Shown one piece after another: positions 1 through 11,399 of a DNA stretch of 54,623 bases. The stretch's first letter is position 1, and every line of letters begins with the position of its first letter. The DNA is from Octopus bimaculoides. Its lineage: Eukaryota. A program made the position numbers and the translations under genes. The notes below the pieces were generated by a model that did not search any database, was not told the origin of the DNA, and saw only the letters and a program-made list of their open reading frames with translations. The stretch spans positions 7,024,193-7,078,815 of the forward strand of contig NC_068986.1 of the NCBI RefSeq assembly GCF_001194135.2, written 5' to 3'.

Positions 1-29
<29 letters not shown>

Positions 30-31
<2 letters not shown>

Positions 32-170
32 GGGTTTCCAAACAGCTTCTGTTTATCTAATTCAATGATGAGGCACTGGTTAATGTGAAGTTATATTTAG
101 CCAAAGTGCCTCGCAGTGGCACTGGATCCAAAACATGGTCACAAAGTGACTTACTTAACCACACATCTTG
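30..170 (-). mobile_element. SINE family A, old degenerate 5' fragment
   Basis: aagtgcctcgcagtggcactggatcc...ttaaccacac resembles the family A head. Confidence 0.5.
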
Positions 171-739
171 GTTCAATATTTTTAAATATTCTTCAAAACT
201 TATAAGTTAAACAAGGCTTAGGCTTTTTAAGATAGTTATAAAGCAATGCTATATTATAGCAGTAAAGGTGGCATTAGATTATTTTATGTTATAAACCAAG
301 AAATTCCCATTCACCAAAATTACAAAGAAAAACAGTCACTGTGGTCTAAAAAGAAGACAGGTAGGAATAAATCTGAATTAATAAAGTTACTCAAATATAA
401 AATGCAGTGAGGAATAAATCTGATTTTTAGCTGATATCAACACTAGACATGTTTCAGTGTCATCAAATCTCAACCATAACTGCATAAGGCTGAAATTTAA
501 TTTAGTTGAATTTGTGGTCTAATTCCATCAAATATAATAGCGTCTACTTCACTATTAAATTTTCAAGCAGCAAGTGTCCTGGGCATTTTCCCCAGACATT
601 CATTTATTGTCCTATACTGTATTCATTAATGGCAAATCACATATATCATTCTAACATCTTGTCATTAAGCTAAACTATGCTTTGCTAATGAGGTATAATA
701 AGGCCTGAACATATTCATAGTTACCTCCCCACTACTAAA

Positions 740-865
740 GCTCACACTTACCTACCTACCTACAACCCATTTACCTATCCACCCATTGACTCACCTACCT
801 ACCTGCCTATCTATTCACTCACTCACCCACTCACTCCTTACCTACCTACCTGTTTATATCTATCT
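740..865. repeat. Degenerate tetranucleotide microsatellite (CCTA/CTCA)n
   Basis: Directly visible. Confidence 0.85.
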
Positions 866-959
866 CCTCTATACTATATTTAAATCATGAAATCCCCATT
901 TCATGGTTCTTTCTTTTCTTTTTCTATAATTAATTATTCAGATAATTAATATATTCTCA

Positions 960-2300
960 CGCTTAACGCTATAATTTTAATCAATTTAAGTTTCTGAGTT
1001 TACATCAAGTGGGTCGCGCCCACTTAACTATTTAGTTTTCTATGGTTCTTCTAGCATTAGAGAAGTCTCTACAGTGTTGTCACGAAGCCATGCAGATAGG
1101 TAAAAAGAGGACATCTAAAAGGAGCATTAAAAGAGGACATTAAAAAGTTCTGAAATAAAATGATAAAAGGAAAGCAACAGATTAAAATGACGCAATTTGT
1201 GGATTTCGCCTGACAAAGCAAACTGATTTTATGCGAAAGTAACAGTTGAATATTATATGAAGACATGTAATATTGTAGAGAAGGTGTGACTATCAGAATA
1301 GAAATTTTTTTTAAAAAAAGAGATGATCTTTACCTCGAACAGTCTAAAACCAATATTAACAAAATATTCAGTTGTTATGACAACGGAATAAACATTTTTT
1401 TTCAATTAACATATTATTTTATTTATTTTCGCATTTATTTTTTAATCACCAATTAATGTAATTTGTTATTTTCTTTTTCTTTTATAGAAATATATCTTTC
1501 TGCTGCAAAAATAAACAATTTTAAAAACTAAAACTTTAAATACTTAATACGAAAAGTCAGATAAATAACGATAATAAATAATCCAATTAGTTGTTTAAAG
1601 TTAAAAATATAACTACAACGATTTAAAAATTAATTTATAAATAAATAAAGAAATCTATTTAAAAAGATATATTTATTTTTTTTATTGATATTTTACAAAG
1701 ATATATTTATATAAATTAAAATGTGTTGTTTTACGAAGATACGGTTTGAAGGTGAAACCAGAAAAACTCGGAACAATTCCTGGAGATTCAGGTAAAAAAA
1801 TAAAATATTTCAGAAAAAATATTATTTATTAGTATTTAATATTGCTTACAGGTTTCATATTTTTAATATGTACTTTATGTGTGTGATATTTAGCAAATTA
1901 TATCGAATTTAATGAAGAACATTTATATAAAGCTGCGTGTAAATAATTATATAAGCTTTATGTGGAAGATTTTAGAATTGGTTAAATTCTTGGGGAAAAT
2001 GGGACGAAAAGTAATTTATATTTTAACAACGGGGCAAAAATATTTGGTTTAGATATCGAAAACGAACCTATAATCATTTTATATTTTATTTCATTCTCTT
2101 TGGCGCTAAAATGTAATTAGTTGTAGTTAAGTCCCGGTCAACCTTGAGAGAGTAGGCTTACGGTCAAAGGTATTCTAGCCGTGACCATCCAGTCTATTTT
2201 AAAATATATATTGTATAGCTAAGGCGACGGTAAGAAACAACTAATGGTGTATGATCAACATATTAGATTCATCACAGTCCATGTTTGGTCGACCGACCTA
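960..2300. promoter_or_regulatory. AT-rich but CpG-retaining putative promoter region, possibly bidirectional
   Basis: CpG dinucleotides are visibly frequent here compared with the gene-body introns. Outward-pointing donor-like sites at 1333 (- strand) and 1792 (+ strand). Confidence 0.4.
1488..1791 (+). other. Candidate upstream (5'UTR) exon of the COX14-like gene
   Basis: Donor CAG|gtaaaa at 1791; possible acceptors at 1487 (ttttctttttctttttatag) and 1700. Lies in a CpG-retaining region. No transcript evidence. Confidence 0.35.
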
Positions 2301-3981
2301 CCTTCGCCCCCAATATCTCCGGGATAAATTACAAAAATACACAAAATAGCGCACTACATATCATCATAGATACACACCAAATACGAAAAATGAAACACTA
2401 TTTGCTCATGCGATGGAGGTGGAGTACGTAGAATGGCAGAAAACTTCAACTCTAAATTCTCGTGGAAAATACGGAGAAATCACTGCAACGTTGATGACTT
2501 CACTGCCTGTAAACATCACGTACAATGAAGTCGAAGGGAAAGCAACATTTGTACTCTGACCAAGTCCATCCGAAGAACCTACGGACGTTCAGAAATAAAC
2601 TGTATAGTGGAGACAGTTCAACATGTCTACACTGTCACGTTATGCTCCATGGGATTCACCACTGCATTCGGATGGACATGTAATCTAATTCACATCGGAA
2701 ATCATGGCTGGGAAGAAGAGACGACATCAGTGAGTCGAATACTAGCATGTCATAAGACAACTCTTATAGTAAACCCAAAATTTCAATATTTTAAAGAAAT
2801 GTTAAAGATTAAGGATTTCCGCCTACTTCATCCTTATCTTCATTTTACGTCCACTTTTCCATGTTTGCATGGGTCAGACGTGATATGTAAACAATGGTTT
2901 GTTGCAGGATCATTTGGTCAGGCACGTGGATGGCTTTTAGTAGATTGAATGTTTTGATCAGAGGGTCGTTAATAACTAGACATTTTTCATCAATCGGTTA
3001 ACTTGAATGAAATAGAGTGGTAGCTGCCTCATCTTTTGGACTGATGTCTTGTAAGGTCACACCATTGGTGCACGTACTGTTGGGATTCTCCCTGATCCAC
3101 ACTGTATCAAGCCATGGATGCTCCAAAATTTGGTCTTGTCATTTCCAACAAGAAGTAGATGTCGAGGACGATACATCAACTCTTACACCCAAGCAGATGA
3201 TTTTGCCTGACTTCTGCATCGAAATGGCATCCACTTGCACCTAGCCCCTGCAGGCCAAACTTTCGCTAACTCCTTTAAAAAAGACCTTGTAAACATCTGC
3301 CAATAGGGTTGTGTGAATATTGTCTTCAACAGCATAATTACACAAGCACTCCCCATGTTACCTGGCTGCTTTTCTTGTCACTTCCCTTCATTTTGTTCTT
3401 CGCTTGCCTACATCAATGGCTCTCTGGAATCTTTTTCCTGACACAGTTTTTGCTTGCAGCCATCAACTGCATTGATTCATAACCTTGGTGACCCTATGAA
3501 GACCATACACACAGCTCCTTCATTCTGACTCCTTCAATAAAATAAACAAAAAAGGGGGAGGGGATATGGCCGGTAATTAAGTTAAAATTCATAAATGGAA
3601 TAAACTTGAGGATTAATCTGGGTGAATTTACGAGTTTGGGAAGGAACCCCTTTTTTAGTTTTTTAAAAGTAAGTCGCCACTCTTTATATATTTATAACAT
3701 CTATAGAAGTCATCCAACTGACTGATTTCTTTTTAAAATTATTTCACTAATTTGTTTTCAGATTTCTTCTAAATGTTTTAAAAGAAGACGTTAGTTGCCT
3801 CTTTAACATCTGTTAACATTTTTAAAGCAATGTGTCTTTGTTACATCAGTGTTAAATGAAAGGTAAGTGTCAGAGCTAAATTGTTAGGTATAAAACAAAA
3901 GACAAAACTGTTTAAGATATGAAGTACAAACTGGATTAGTGCTGTAGAAATAATCCCTTGGCTCAGAAGATAAATGTTCAT

Positions 3982-4359
3982 CTCTTTTATTCTTTTACTT
4001 GTTTCAGTCATTTGACTGCGGCCATGCTGGAGCACCGCCTTTAGTCGAGCAAATCGACCCTAGGACTCATTCTTTGTAAGCCTAGTACTCATTCCATCAG
4101 TCTCCTTTGCCGAACCGCTAAGTTACAGGGGACGCAAACACACCACCATAGGTTGTCAAGCGATGTTGGGGGAACACAGATGCACAAACATATACATACA
4201 TACGACGGGCTTCTTTCAGTTTCCGTCTACCAAATCCACTCACTAGGCTTTGGTCGGCCTGAGGCAATAGTAGAAGACACTTGTCCAAGGTGCCACACAG
4301 TGGGACTGAACCCAGAACCATGTGGTTGGTAAGCAAGCTACTTACCACACAGCCACTCC
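3982..4359 (-). mobile_element. tRNA-derived SINE, family A (head ggagtggctgtgtggtaag)
   Basis: Near-identical to copies at 20199-20596 and 21237-21646; A-box-like head, internal TA/TG tract, short A-rich tail. Confidence 0.85.
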
Positions 4360-4674
4360 ATGCATACATCATGACTGGAGATTATAAAGACAGCTACTTA
4401 CTAACTCAAAGTCACTTGTAAAAGAAGAAGGAGTGAATAAAAGACGTTTAATGTATTTTAATTTTTGTGTTTTGATATTTTGTTAAAGCTAAAGTTATTT
4501 CAGCATGTTGAAAGTTAGACAAACCAATCAATTTAAGAAAACCTATTTAAATATATTCTGCTATGTTCAATACTAAATGTATGTTGTCTTTCAAATAGCA
4601 TTACTGTGTTTACATGTCTTGAATATGAAGCTGTCCTTTAGCTTTGTTGAAATATCCTGCATTATCTGTAGCAG

Positions 4675-5058
4675 TGTGGAGGCGCAATGGCCCAGTGGTT
4701 AGGGCAGCAGACTCGCAGTCATAGGATCGCGGTTTCGATTCCCAGACCGGGCGTTGTGAGTGTTTATTGAGCGAAAACACCTAAAGCTCCACGAGGCTCC
4801 GGCAGGGGATGGTGGCGAACCCTGCTGTACTCTTTCACCACAACTTTCTCTCACTCTTACTTCCTGTTTCTGTTGTGCCTGTAATTCAAAGGGTCAGCCT
4901 TGTCACACTGTGTCACGCTGAATATCCCCATGAAATACGTTAAGAGTACACGTGTCTGTGGAGTGCTCAGCCACATGCACGTTAATTTCACGAGCAGGCT
5001 GTTCCGTTGATCGGATCAACTGGAACCCTCGACGTCGTAAGCGATGGAGTGCCAACAG
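4675..5058 (+). mobile_element. tRNA(Arg-like)-derived SINE, family B
   Basis: A box TGGCCCAGTGG, B box GGTTTCGATTCCC; second copy at 30498-30862. Confidence 0.85.
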
Positions 5059-5154
5059 TAATTTCCCTTGCATTTAATAAATGATCTATTCTGACTTAAA
5101 TTCTGATCTTAAATAAACTGTTTACATATAAACAAATTTATATGTATTCTCATA

Positions 5155-5575
5155 TAGACCCAGGAAGACAGGGCAAAGTGGTGAGAAAGGATCTACAGAT
5201 GTTCGGACTCAGAGGACCGAGACTTCTGGTGGTTTGCTGCGCTTGAGAAGATGCACCAAGCTAAGTAAAAGCATGGTTGCCCTTGTATACAAGCTTGTCC
5301 CTTGCATCCCCCTCTCCAGCTGAGCATTCCTAATCTTGCAGGCTAGTGAGTATTGGTGCTGCATAAAAAGTACTCAATACTGGTGCATGTTAATACACCT
5401 GTGCTGTTGCTGCATAGAAGTACTCAGTAAACTCTTGTAAAGCAGTTGATGTCAGGAAGGGCATCCAGCCATAAAGAACATGGCAAAACCAGTCATGAAA
5501 CCTCTCCAGTTGGCCAGCTGCTGTCAAACCGTCCAACCAACATGGACAACAGACATTCAATAATGATGATGATAG
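5155..5575 (+). mobile_element. 5'-truncated RTE 3' end with terminal module and (GAT)n tail
   Basis: PRKT..KVVRKDLQMFG remnant, then aggaagggcatccagcc...gtccaacc...gatgatgat. Confidence 0.75.
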
Positions 5576-5989
5576 TACTTTTTTTTATAAGCTGAGATTG
5601 TTAATATTACAATACTCAGAAACAGGCTAGAATTGAAGTGCTCAAAATGAGCTAAGATTCAAATTATAGTTTGTATGGAGGCAATACATGTGGAAAACTA
5701 TAGCAACAACACCCCATCTCCAACAAAAGATTTAATATACATGTGTGTGCATATCCTCCTTAAATCAATAATTATACACAATTCTCAGTAGCGAAAATAC
5801 CAAAAATGAAATAAAATAAAGTAATATAATAAGATAAAATGAAAGTACGCAGGTATATAAAAACACATAAACTTCAAAAATATAATGAATGCTTAAAAAT
5901 ATTTACAAGTATTCATAATTTCCGAGTCGTATAAAAATTTTTATATAGCTCGGAAATTATGAATATTTATGAATATTTTTAATATTTTT

Positions 5990-7290
5990 AAACATAGTGA
6001 CACTTCCGAGCCTCTTTCTTAGCAGAGTCACTAACTGCAAGTAATCCATCATCTCTGTGAATGCATTTCTTTCCAACAACTTCACAATTTTCTGACACAC
6101 TGCCTTGCAAACCAAAACACTTCAAGCTGCTGGACCTTGCACTGAATAACGTTGGGTAATTTCTTCGTTCTTTGTGCCTCATCCCTGACTAAGTAAGCCT
6201 GCTTCCAGCTTTCCTTCTAGCTCTTTGCTACTGTCACTCTTCCAGACCTGCTTCTTTGCACTAATGGCCCTGCCAACTACACTGTTCCTCTACCATATCA
6301 CCCTAGGTCTTGTTGGGACTTTGTTCCAACCACAAATTTGGCCTGTGGTTCTCAGTAAGTTGTGTTGTATGAATTTCCAGGTATCGTCTATGTTACATGT
6401 CTGTAACTCCTCCTCCTAATTAAATGCCCCAGTTAGGATGTCTCTAAACTTCTGACTATTCAAAGGATCCTTAAGCTTCCAGATCCTTCTTTTCCAAACT
6501 GGCTTGCTTCTTGGAATCCTTTATACCTGTAGTTTGAAGTCACTAATGACTAATCTATGCTGAAGGGAACATTCTTCACCGGGGAACGTCTTTCCATTTA
6601 TGAGCAACTATGAATTTTGCTTTCTGGTGAGAATGTAGTCAATCTGGTTGGCATGGTCACCAAATTTATAGGTTATCAGATGACTAGCTGGTTTCCTGAA
6701 GTTGATGTTGCAGATCATTAGGTCATTTTCATAACAGAACTCCAACAGCCATGTTCCCTCCTCATCTTGGGAACCAATTCCATGGCCCCCATGTACCCTA
6801 TGGAAGTCACTTGGGTGCTGCCCAACATCTCCATTGAAATCACCGGCCACAAAGATAAGGTTACTGTCATTTGTCTTTGAGGTATCCTGTCATAAAAGTG
6901 ATCCTTTTGCTCATTTGGTTGGGGGGGGGCATAGGCAGAGATGGTGATTGCTGCTGTGCTATTCTGCAAAACTAGTCTGAGCTTAAGTTCCGTCACATAC
7001 TCTGACTACCTCAGTCAACTTACTTACCCATTTCTCTGCTAGAAGCATGCCCACACCTCCTACTCTGTCGCTGTTGCCCTCCCAGAAGAATTTATACCTA
7101 TGCTTTTTACCTGTGTGGAACCTGGCTGTAGTTCCCCTCCACCCTCACTTTACTTCTTAGATGCCACAATCTCACCAGACCTACCTTTCAATGTGCTTAC
7201 ATTGACAGTGCCAACCCTGAGGGAATGTATGGGGAGGGGGAGTAACGGCTTTCGGCATCTGAAAAGAAGGTTTAATGAGCTTTTGCCAAC
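5990..7290 (-). mobile_element. Degenerate RTE LINE, 5'/endonuclease region
   Basis: TIISAYAP, AGDFNGDVG, NINFRKPASHLITY, QIDYILTR in the - strand ORFs. Confidence 0.88.
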
Positions 7291-7434
7291 AGATATATCA
7301 TAACAATTGCCCTCTCATTTAATCTACCATCGTTCATGTTACACTTGCTGCCACCACTAGAAGTGGGTGCTATACAAGTATTAGTACAGAAATTGTTAGT
7401 ACAGATACAAGTAACATTAATAATAATAAAAAGG

Positions 7435-7791
7435 GTGAAAAGAATAGCTGCTAGAATAAGAATAGCCTGGGCAAAGTTTAGAGAGCTCTTACCCCTGCTG
7501 GCGACAAAGGGACTCTCACTCAGAGTAAAAGGCAGACTGTATGACGCATGCGTACGAACAACCATGCTACATGGCAGTGAAACATGGGCTGTAACTGCTG
7601 AGGACATACGTAAGCTTGCAAGGAATGAAGCCAGTATGCTCCGTTGGATGTGTAATGTCAATGTGAATACCTGTCAGAGTGTAAGTATCTTGAGAGAAAA
7701 GCTGAACATTAGAAGCATCAGTTGTGGCGTGCAAGAGAGACGATTGCGCTGGTATGGACATGTGGTGAGAATGGATGAGGATAGCTGCGTG
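7435..7791 (+). mobile_element. RTE LINE post-RT fragment with intact frame, runs into an N gap
   Basis: ARIRIAWAKFRELLPLL...KGRLYDACVRTTMLHGSETW...RRLRWYGHVVRM. Confidence 0.92.
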
Positions 7792-8601
7792 NNNNNNNNN
7801 NNNNNNNNNNNNNNNNNNNNNNNNNNNNNNNNNNNNNNNNNNNNNNNNNNNNNNNNNNNNNNNNNNNNNNNNNNNNNNNNNNNNNNNNNNNNNNNNNNNN
7901 NNNNNNNNNNNNNNNNNNNNNNNNNNNNNNNNNNNNNNNNNNNNNNNNNNNNNNNNNNNNNNNNNNNNNNNNNNNNNNNNNNNNNNNNNNNNNNNNNNNN
8001 NNNNNNNNNNNNNNNNNNNNNNNNNNNNNNNNNNNNNNNNNNNNNNNNNNNNNNNNNNNNNNNNNNNNNNNNNNNNNNNNNNNNNNNNNNNNNNNNNNNN
8101 NNNNNNNNNNNNNNNNNNNNNNNNNNNNNNNNNNNNNNNNNNNNNNNNNNNNNNNNNNNNNNNNNNNNNNNNNNNNNNNNNNNNNNNNNNNNNNNNNNNN
8201 NNNNNNNNNNNNNNNNNNNNNNNNNNNNNNNNNNNNNNNNNNNNNNNNNNNNNNNNNNNNNNNNNNNNNNNNNNNNNNNNNNNNNNNNNNNNNNNNNNNN
8301 NNNNNNNNNNNNNNNNNNNNNNNNNNNNNNNNNNNNNNNNNNNNNNNNNNNNNNNNNNNNNNNNNNNNNNNNNNNNNNNNNNNNNNNNNNNNNNNNNNNN
8401 NNNNNNNNNNNNNNNNNNNNNNNNNNNNNNNNNNNNNNNNNNNNNNNNNNNNNNNNNNNNNNNNNNNNNNNNNNNNNNNNNNNNNNNNNNNNNNNNNNNN
8501 NNNNNNNNNNNNNNNNNNNNNNNNNNNNNNNNNNNNNNNNNNNNNNNNNNNNNNNNNNNNNNNNNNNNNNNNNNNNNNNNNNNNNNNNNNNNNNNNNNNN
8601 N
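7792..8601. other. Assembly gap (810 N); other gaps at 11732-12168 and 48089-48105
   Basis: N runs, each bordered by a young repeat or (TA)n. Confidence 1.
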
Positions 8602-8602
8602 N

Positions 8603-8646
<44 letters not shown>

Positions 8647-8906
8647 ATCATGCTGATGATGATAATATATTATCTATCTTTCTACACACAAACACACATT
8701 GTCTCTACTTTTCACTTTTTGATAGGATCAGCAGAGAAATTACTTAGTTCAGTGAGGGATACATATAATTTAATGCATACAGGAATTATACATAAAAGTT
8801 TCAAGCTTACATAGGTATGTGAGCCTCTCTCTCACACTGTACTGCCCAAGCATAAAACTTGAAGTAGCTCTTGTATTCTTGTATATCTCCTACATTCATT
8901 AAATGA

Positions 8907-8938
<32 letters not shown>

Positions 8939-8940
8939 CT

Positions 8941-9303
8941 ATATACTTCACGATTCCGTGCTGCTACTGTTCAATTCTAACTCGGAGATTTATTATTGCT
9001 TGTTTCTCCTTTTTCGAGATCAGCGACAGTTTGTCACTGGAAAAAGCATATAGTATTTTGCGTTTGGAATAAGTTCTCATCGCTAGCTGCTGATTATCAC
9101 ACACTGATGACAGGTTACTACCTAGAAGCCCAGGTCTGTGTGTATCACATAAGGCTAGATATGGGAACGATGATTTCCCTTTGCAAATACTAATCAGACA
9201 CAGTGTCGTTAGCCAGCTGGAGGAGATGTCTCCCTGAGGCTATAAACAGCAGTTGCATCGTCCCCCATGGGTCCACCACATTTAGGTGGCAAATATACTT
9301 CAC
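8941..9303 (+). mobile_element. Hammerhead-bearing, retrozyme/Penelope-like non-autonomous monomer inserted in (TA)n
   Basis: Direct repeat ATATACTTCAC at 8941-8951 and 9293-9303 (352-bp period), (TA)n on both sides, internal type I hammerhead fold, no ORF. Confidence 0.6.
9098..9142 (+). ncRNA. Minimal type I hammerhead ribozyme, degenerate core
   Basis: CACACA-CTGATGA-CAGGT(TACT)ACCTA-GAAG-CCCAGG-TC-TGTGTG reads as stem I, CUGAUGA core, stem II, GAA(G), short stem III, GUC site, stem I'. Confidence 0.7.
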
Positions 9304-9807
9304 AATATATATATATATATATTATAATGACCATCATCAAGGCTGTTTTCAAGCTAAGTTCGGTGCCAGCATAATGTAACGAACCAAGACATTTCACTTA
9401 AGTGACTTCTTTGCTGAAGAGAAAGAATCATTAGCTTAATTATGATTAAATCCAGGGAATGGAGATAACTATGGCCAATGTGATGGTGTGTTGTTGGCAA
9501 CCTAGTGACATCTGTGGGCATGTTTTGGTGTCATTAGAACTCTCAGCAAAGGCCAACCAATCTGCAATACTAGCAGATAAATGCAACTGGAGAGAGAGAA
9601 GGAGAAGCTTGAATAATGAGAGATGTGATAAAAGTGTAAAAAGCCAGGGATTCTCTGTGTAAAATAACAAATGCATAAGTGACCGTGTTTTTAAATTTCA
9701 TCTGAAACAAACAAAACAATTATTTTTATTGATAAAAATTTATATTAATGATGTACATAAGCAGTTAGACTTGTTGCTATGAGACAGGAAAAAATTTAGG
9801 TATCACT

Positions 9808-10160
9808 CATCATCATCATTTAATGTTTGTTGTCCATGTTGACATAGGTTGGACAGTTTGACCAGAACTGCAAGCTGGGGAGCTACACCAGACTCCAGTC
9901 TAATTTAGCACGGTTTCTATGGCTGAATGCCCTTCCTAACATGCCAACCACTTTACAGAGTGTGGACTGGGTGCTTTTACGTGGCGCTGCCATGAATGCT
10001 TTTCATCACCAGAGGGATCAGTCTTAACACTTTTGCTGCCGAGTAGGAGTCTTGAGTACAACAAGGTGCCAGACATCTCAGCCTTTGTCATCTCACCTGA
10101 AGGTTCAGCACCCTGAGGTTGTTCTTCAGTCCTTCATCCTATGTCTTCCTGAGCCTCTAT
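9808..10160 (-). mobile_element. RTE 3' terminal module with ORF C-terminal remnant
   Basis: catcatcatttaatg...gaatgcccttcctaac; rev-comp RLRKT-DEG remnant. Confidence 0.7.
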
Positions 10161-10443
10161 CGAACTGGTACACTTACATTACACAGGTTTATAATTTGAT
10201 TAACCACAAAGAATATCTGTGGGTATAACTGTTTCATATTTTATTGACTGTGGAATGGGGTGCGGGGTGAAAATAAGGTTAACCCCTGTGATAAACACTA
10301 CACATGTTTGAAATCAGCAATATCCTTATAAGAGATAATTAATGATTAGAATTAAAAACAACTGTAACAGACTAATTTTATGCTAATTTAGGCAATTAAC
10401 TATTTTTAATGTACACTCCCTTTTTTTTTTTTTTTTTCAGAAC

Positions 10444-10567
10444 ATGAAGCAATGGACAAGAACACAAGTATATGATGGATTGCATCGAGCATCTGTGTGG
10501 ACTTTACTTGGAATTACAGGCTACGGCCTTACCTTGCTGGGCTCGTATGCCTTCAGGTATTTCACAG
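10444..10567 (+). CDS. COX14: Small single-TM protein, COX14-like cytochrome c oxidase assembly factor, coding exon 1 (MKQWTRTQVYDGLHRASVWTLLGITGYGLTLLGSYAFRYFT)
   Basis: Strong acceptor (t)n-cag at 10440, ATG at 10444, donor CAG|gtaaaa at 10567. D-x-x-H-R followed by a Gly-containing TM helix fits invertebrate COX14 as recalled. Gene structure is firm; the name is moderately confident. Confidence 0.7.
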
Positions 10568-11160
10568 GTAAAATTTTTTGTTAGTTTACATTTGAAGCCT
10601 AAATTATTAAGAGAAATCAGAGTTGTACTGCAGTGGTAATTATATTTATTTGTATTTTATATTTAGTATGTCAAAGCTAGACTTAATATGTGTCACAATA
10701 TAATTTAATGATAATATATTAATTTTGTCAGATGATGATGGCAAGTTCCATAACTCATTGTGCCTTAGGAACAGCAGAATAGATTTAGTTTTCTTCATAC
10801 TGTATATCAAGAATCAATTAGCAAGACAAAGACTATTTCAAACATTAAAACTGTGCAATGCAAATAACAAAATACATCTCCTACTTTACATTGTTGTTAT
10901 TGATGGCCGTTAGTGGTTTGAGCCATTGACGACACTGTTGTGACTTTTTGACTCTTGGGACTCGATAAAATGGACCAAACTAGGTCTCTTCCCACATAAG
11001 CCAATGGAAATATTTCCTGATTTTAATCTGGTCAGATATATTTAGAAGCCTTATGTTCTTTACTGTCAGCATGATGGCTTAGTGAAACTAACTGTTGTCT
11101 CTCTCTCTCTCTCTCTCGACAACAGAGATTTTGTCTATATGGACAAAATACACAATAAGG

Positions 11161-11353
11161 TGTTGTGAAGGCAGTGAGCTAGCAGAATCCTTAACATGCC
11201 TGGCAAAATGCTTAGCAGCATTTCATCCGCCTCTGTGTTCTGAGGTCAACTTCGTCTTTCAATCTTTCGGGATCAATAAATAAGTTCCTGTCGAACACTA
11301 AGGTCACTGTAATTGACTTAACCTCTCCTCTGAACTTAAAGGCCTTGTGCCAG
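11161..11353 (+). mobile_element. Degenerate tRNA-headed SINE, family D
   Basis: ggcagtgagctagcagaatcc...ttctgaggtcaac...ctttcgggatcaataaataagt; related copies at 26381-26900 and 32078-32250. Confidence 0.65.
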
Positions 11354-11399
11354 AGGCAGCTGGGTGCCACAGACCAAATTTGTGGCTGGTGCAATGAAG

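Noticed and set aside
4680-4750. tRNA-like sequences (also about 30275-30345 and 30790-30860)
   Set aside because: These are SINE heads. They continue into SINE bodies with tails or TSDs and lack an intact cloverleaf.
5990-7791. Back-to-back RTE 5' (-) and 3' (+) fragments suggesting a twin-priming inversion
   Set aside because: The two parts differ strongly in decay, about 150 bp of unrelated DNA separates them, the whole RT is missing between them, and no TSD was seen. Independent insertions are more likely.
7336-8814. Long ORFs of 239-492 aa spanning N runs (also 7674-8651, 7775-8647, 11538-12449, 11726-12445)
   Set aside because: Their length comes from X translation of the gaps. Only the RTE-derived flanks are real.
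9373-9670. TGTAACGAACC start suggesting an LTR
   Set aside because: No second LTR, primer-binding site, polypurine tract or TSD was identified.
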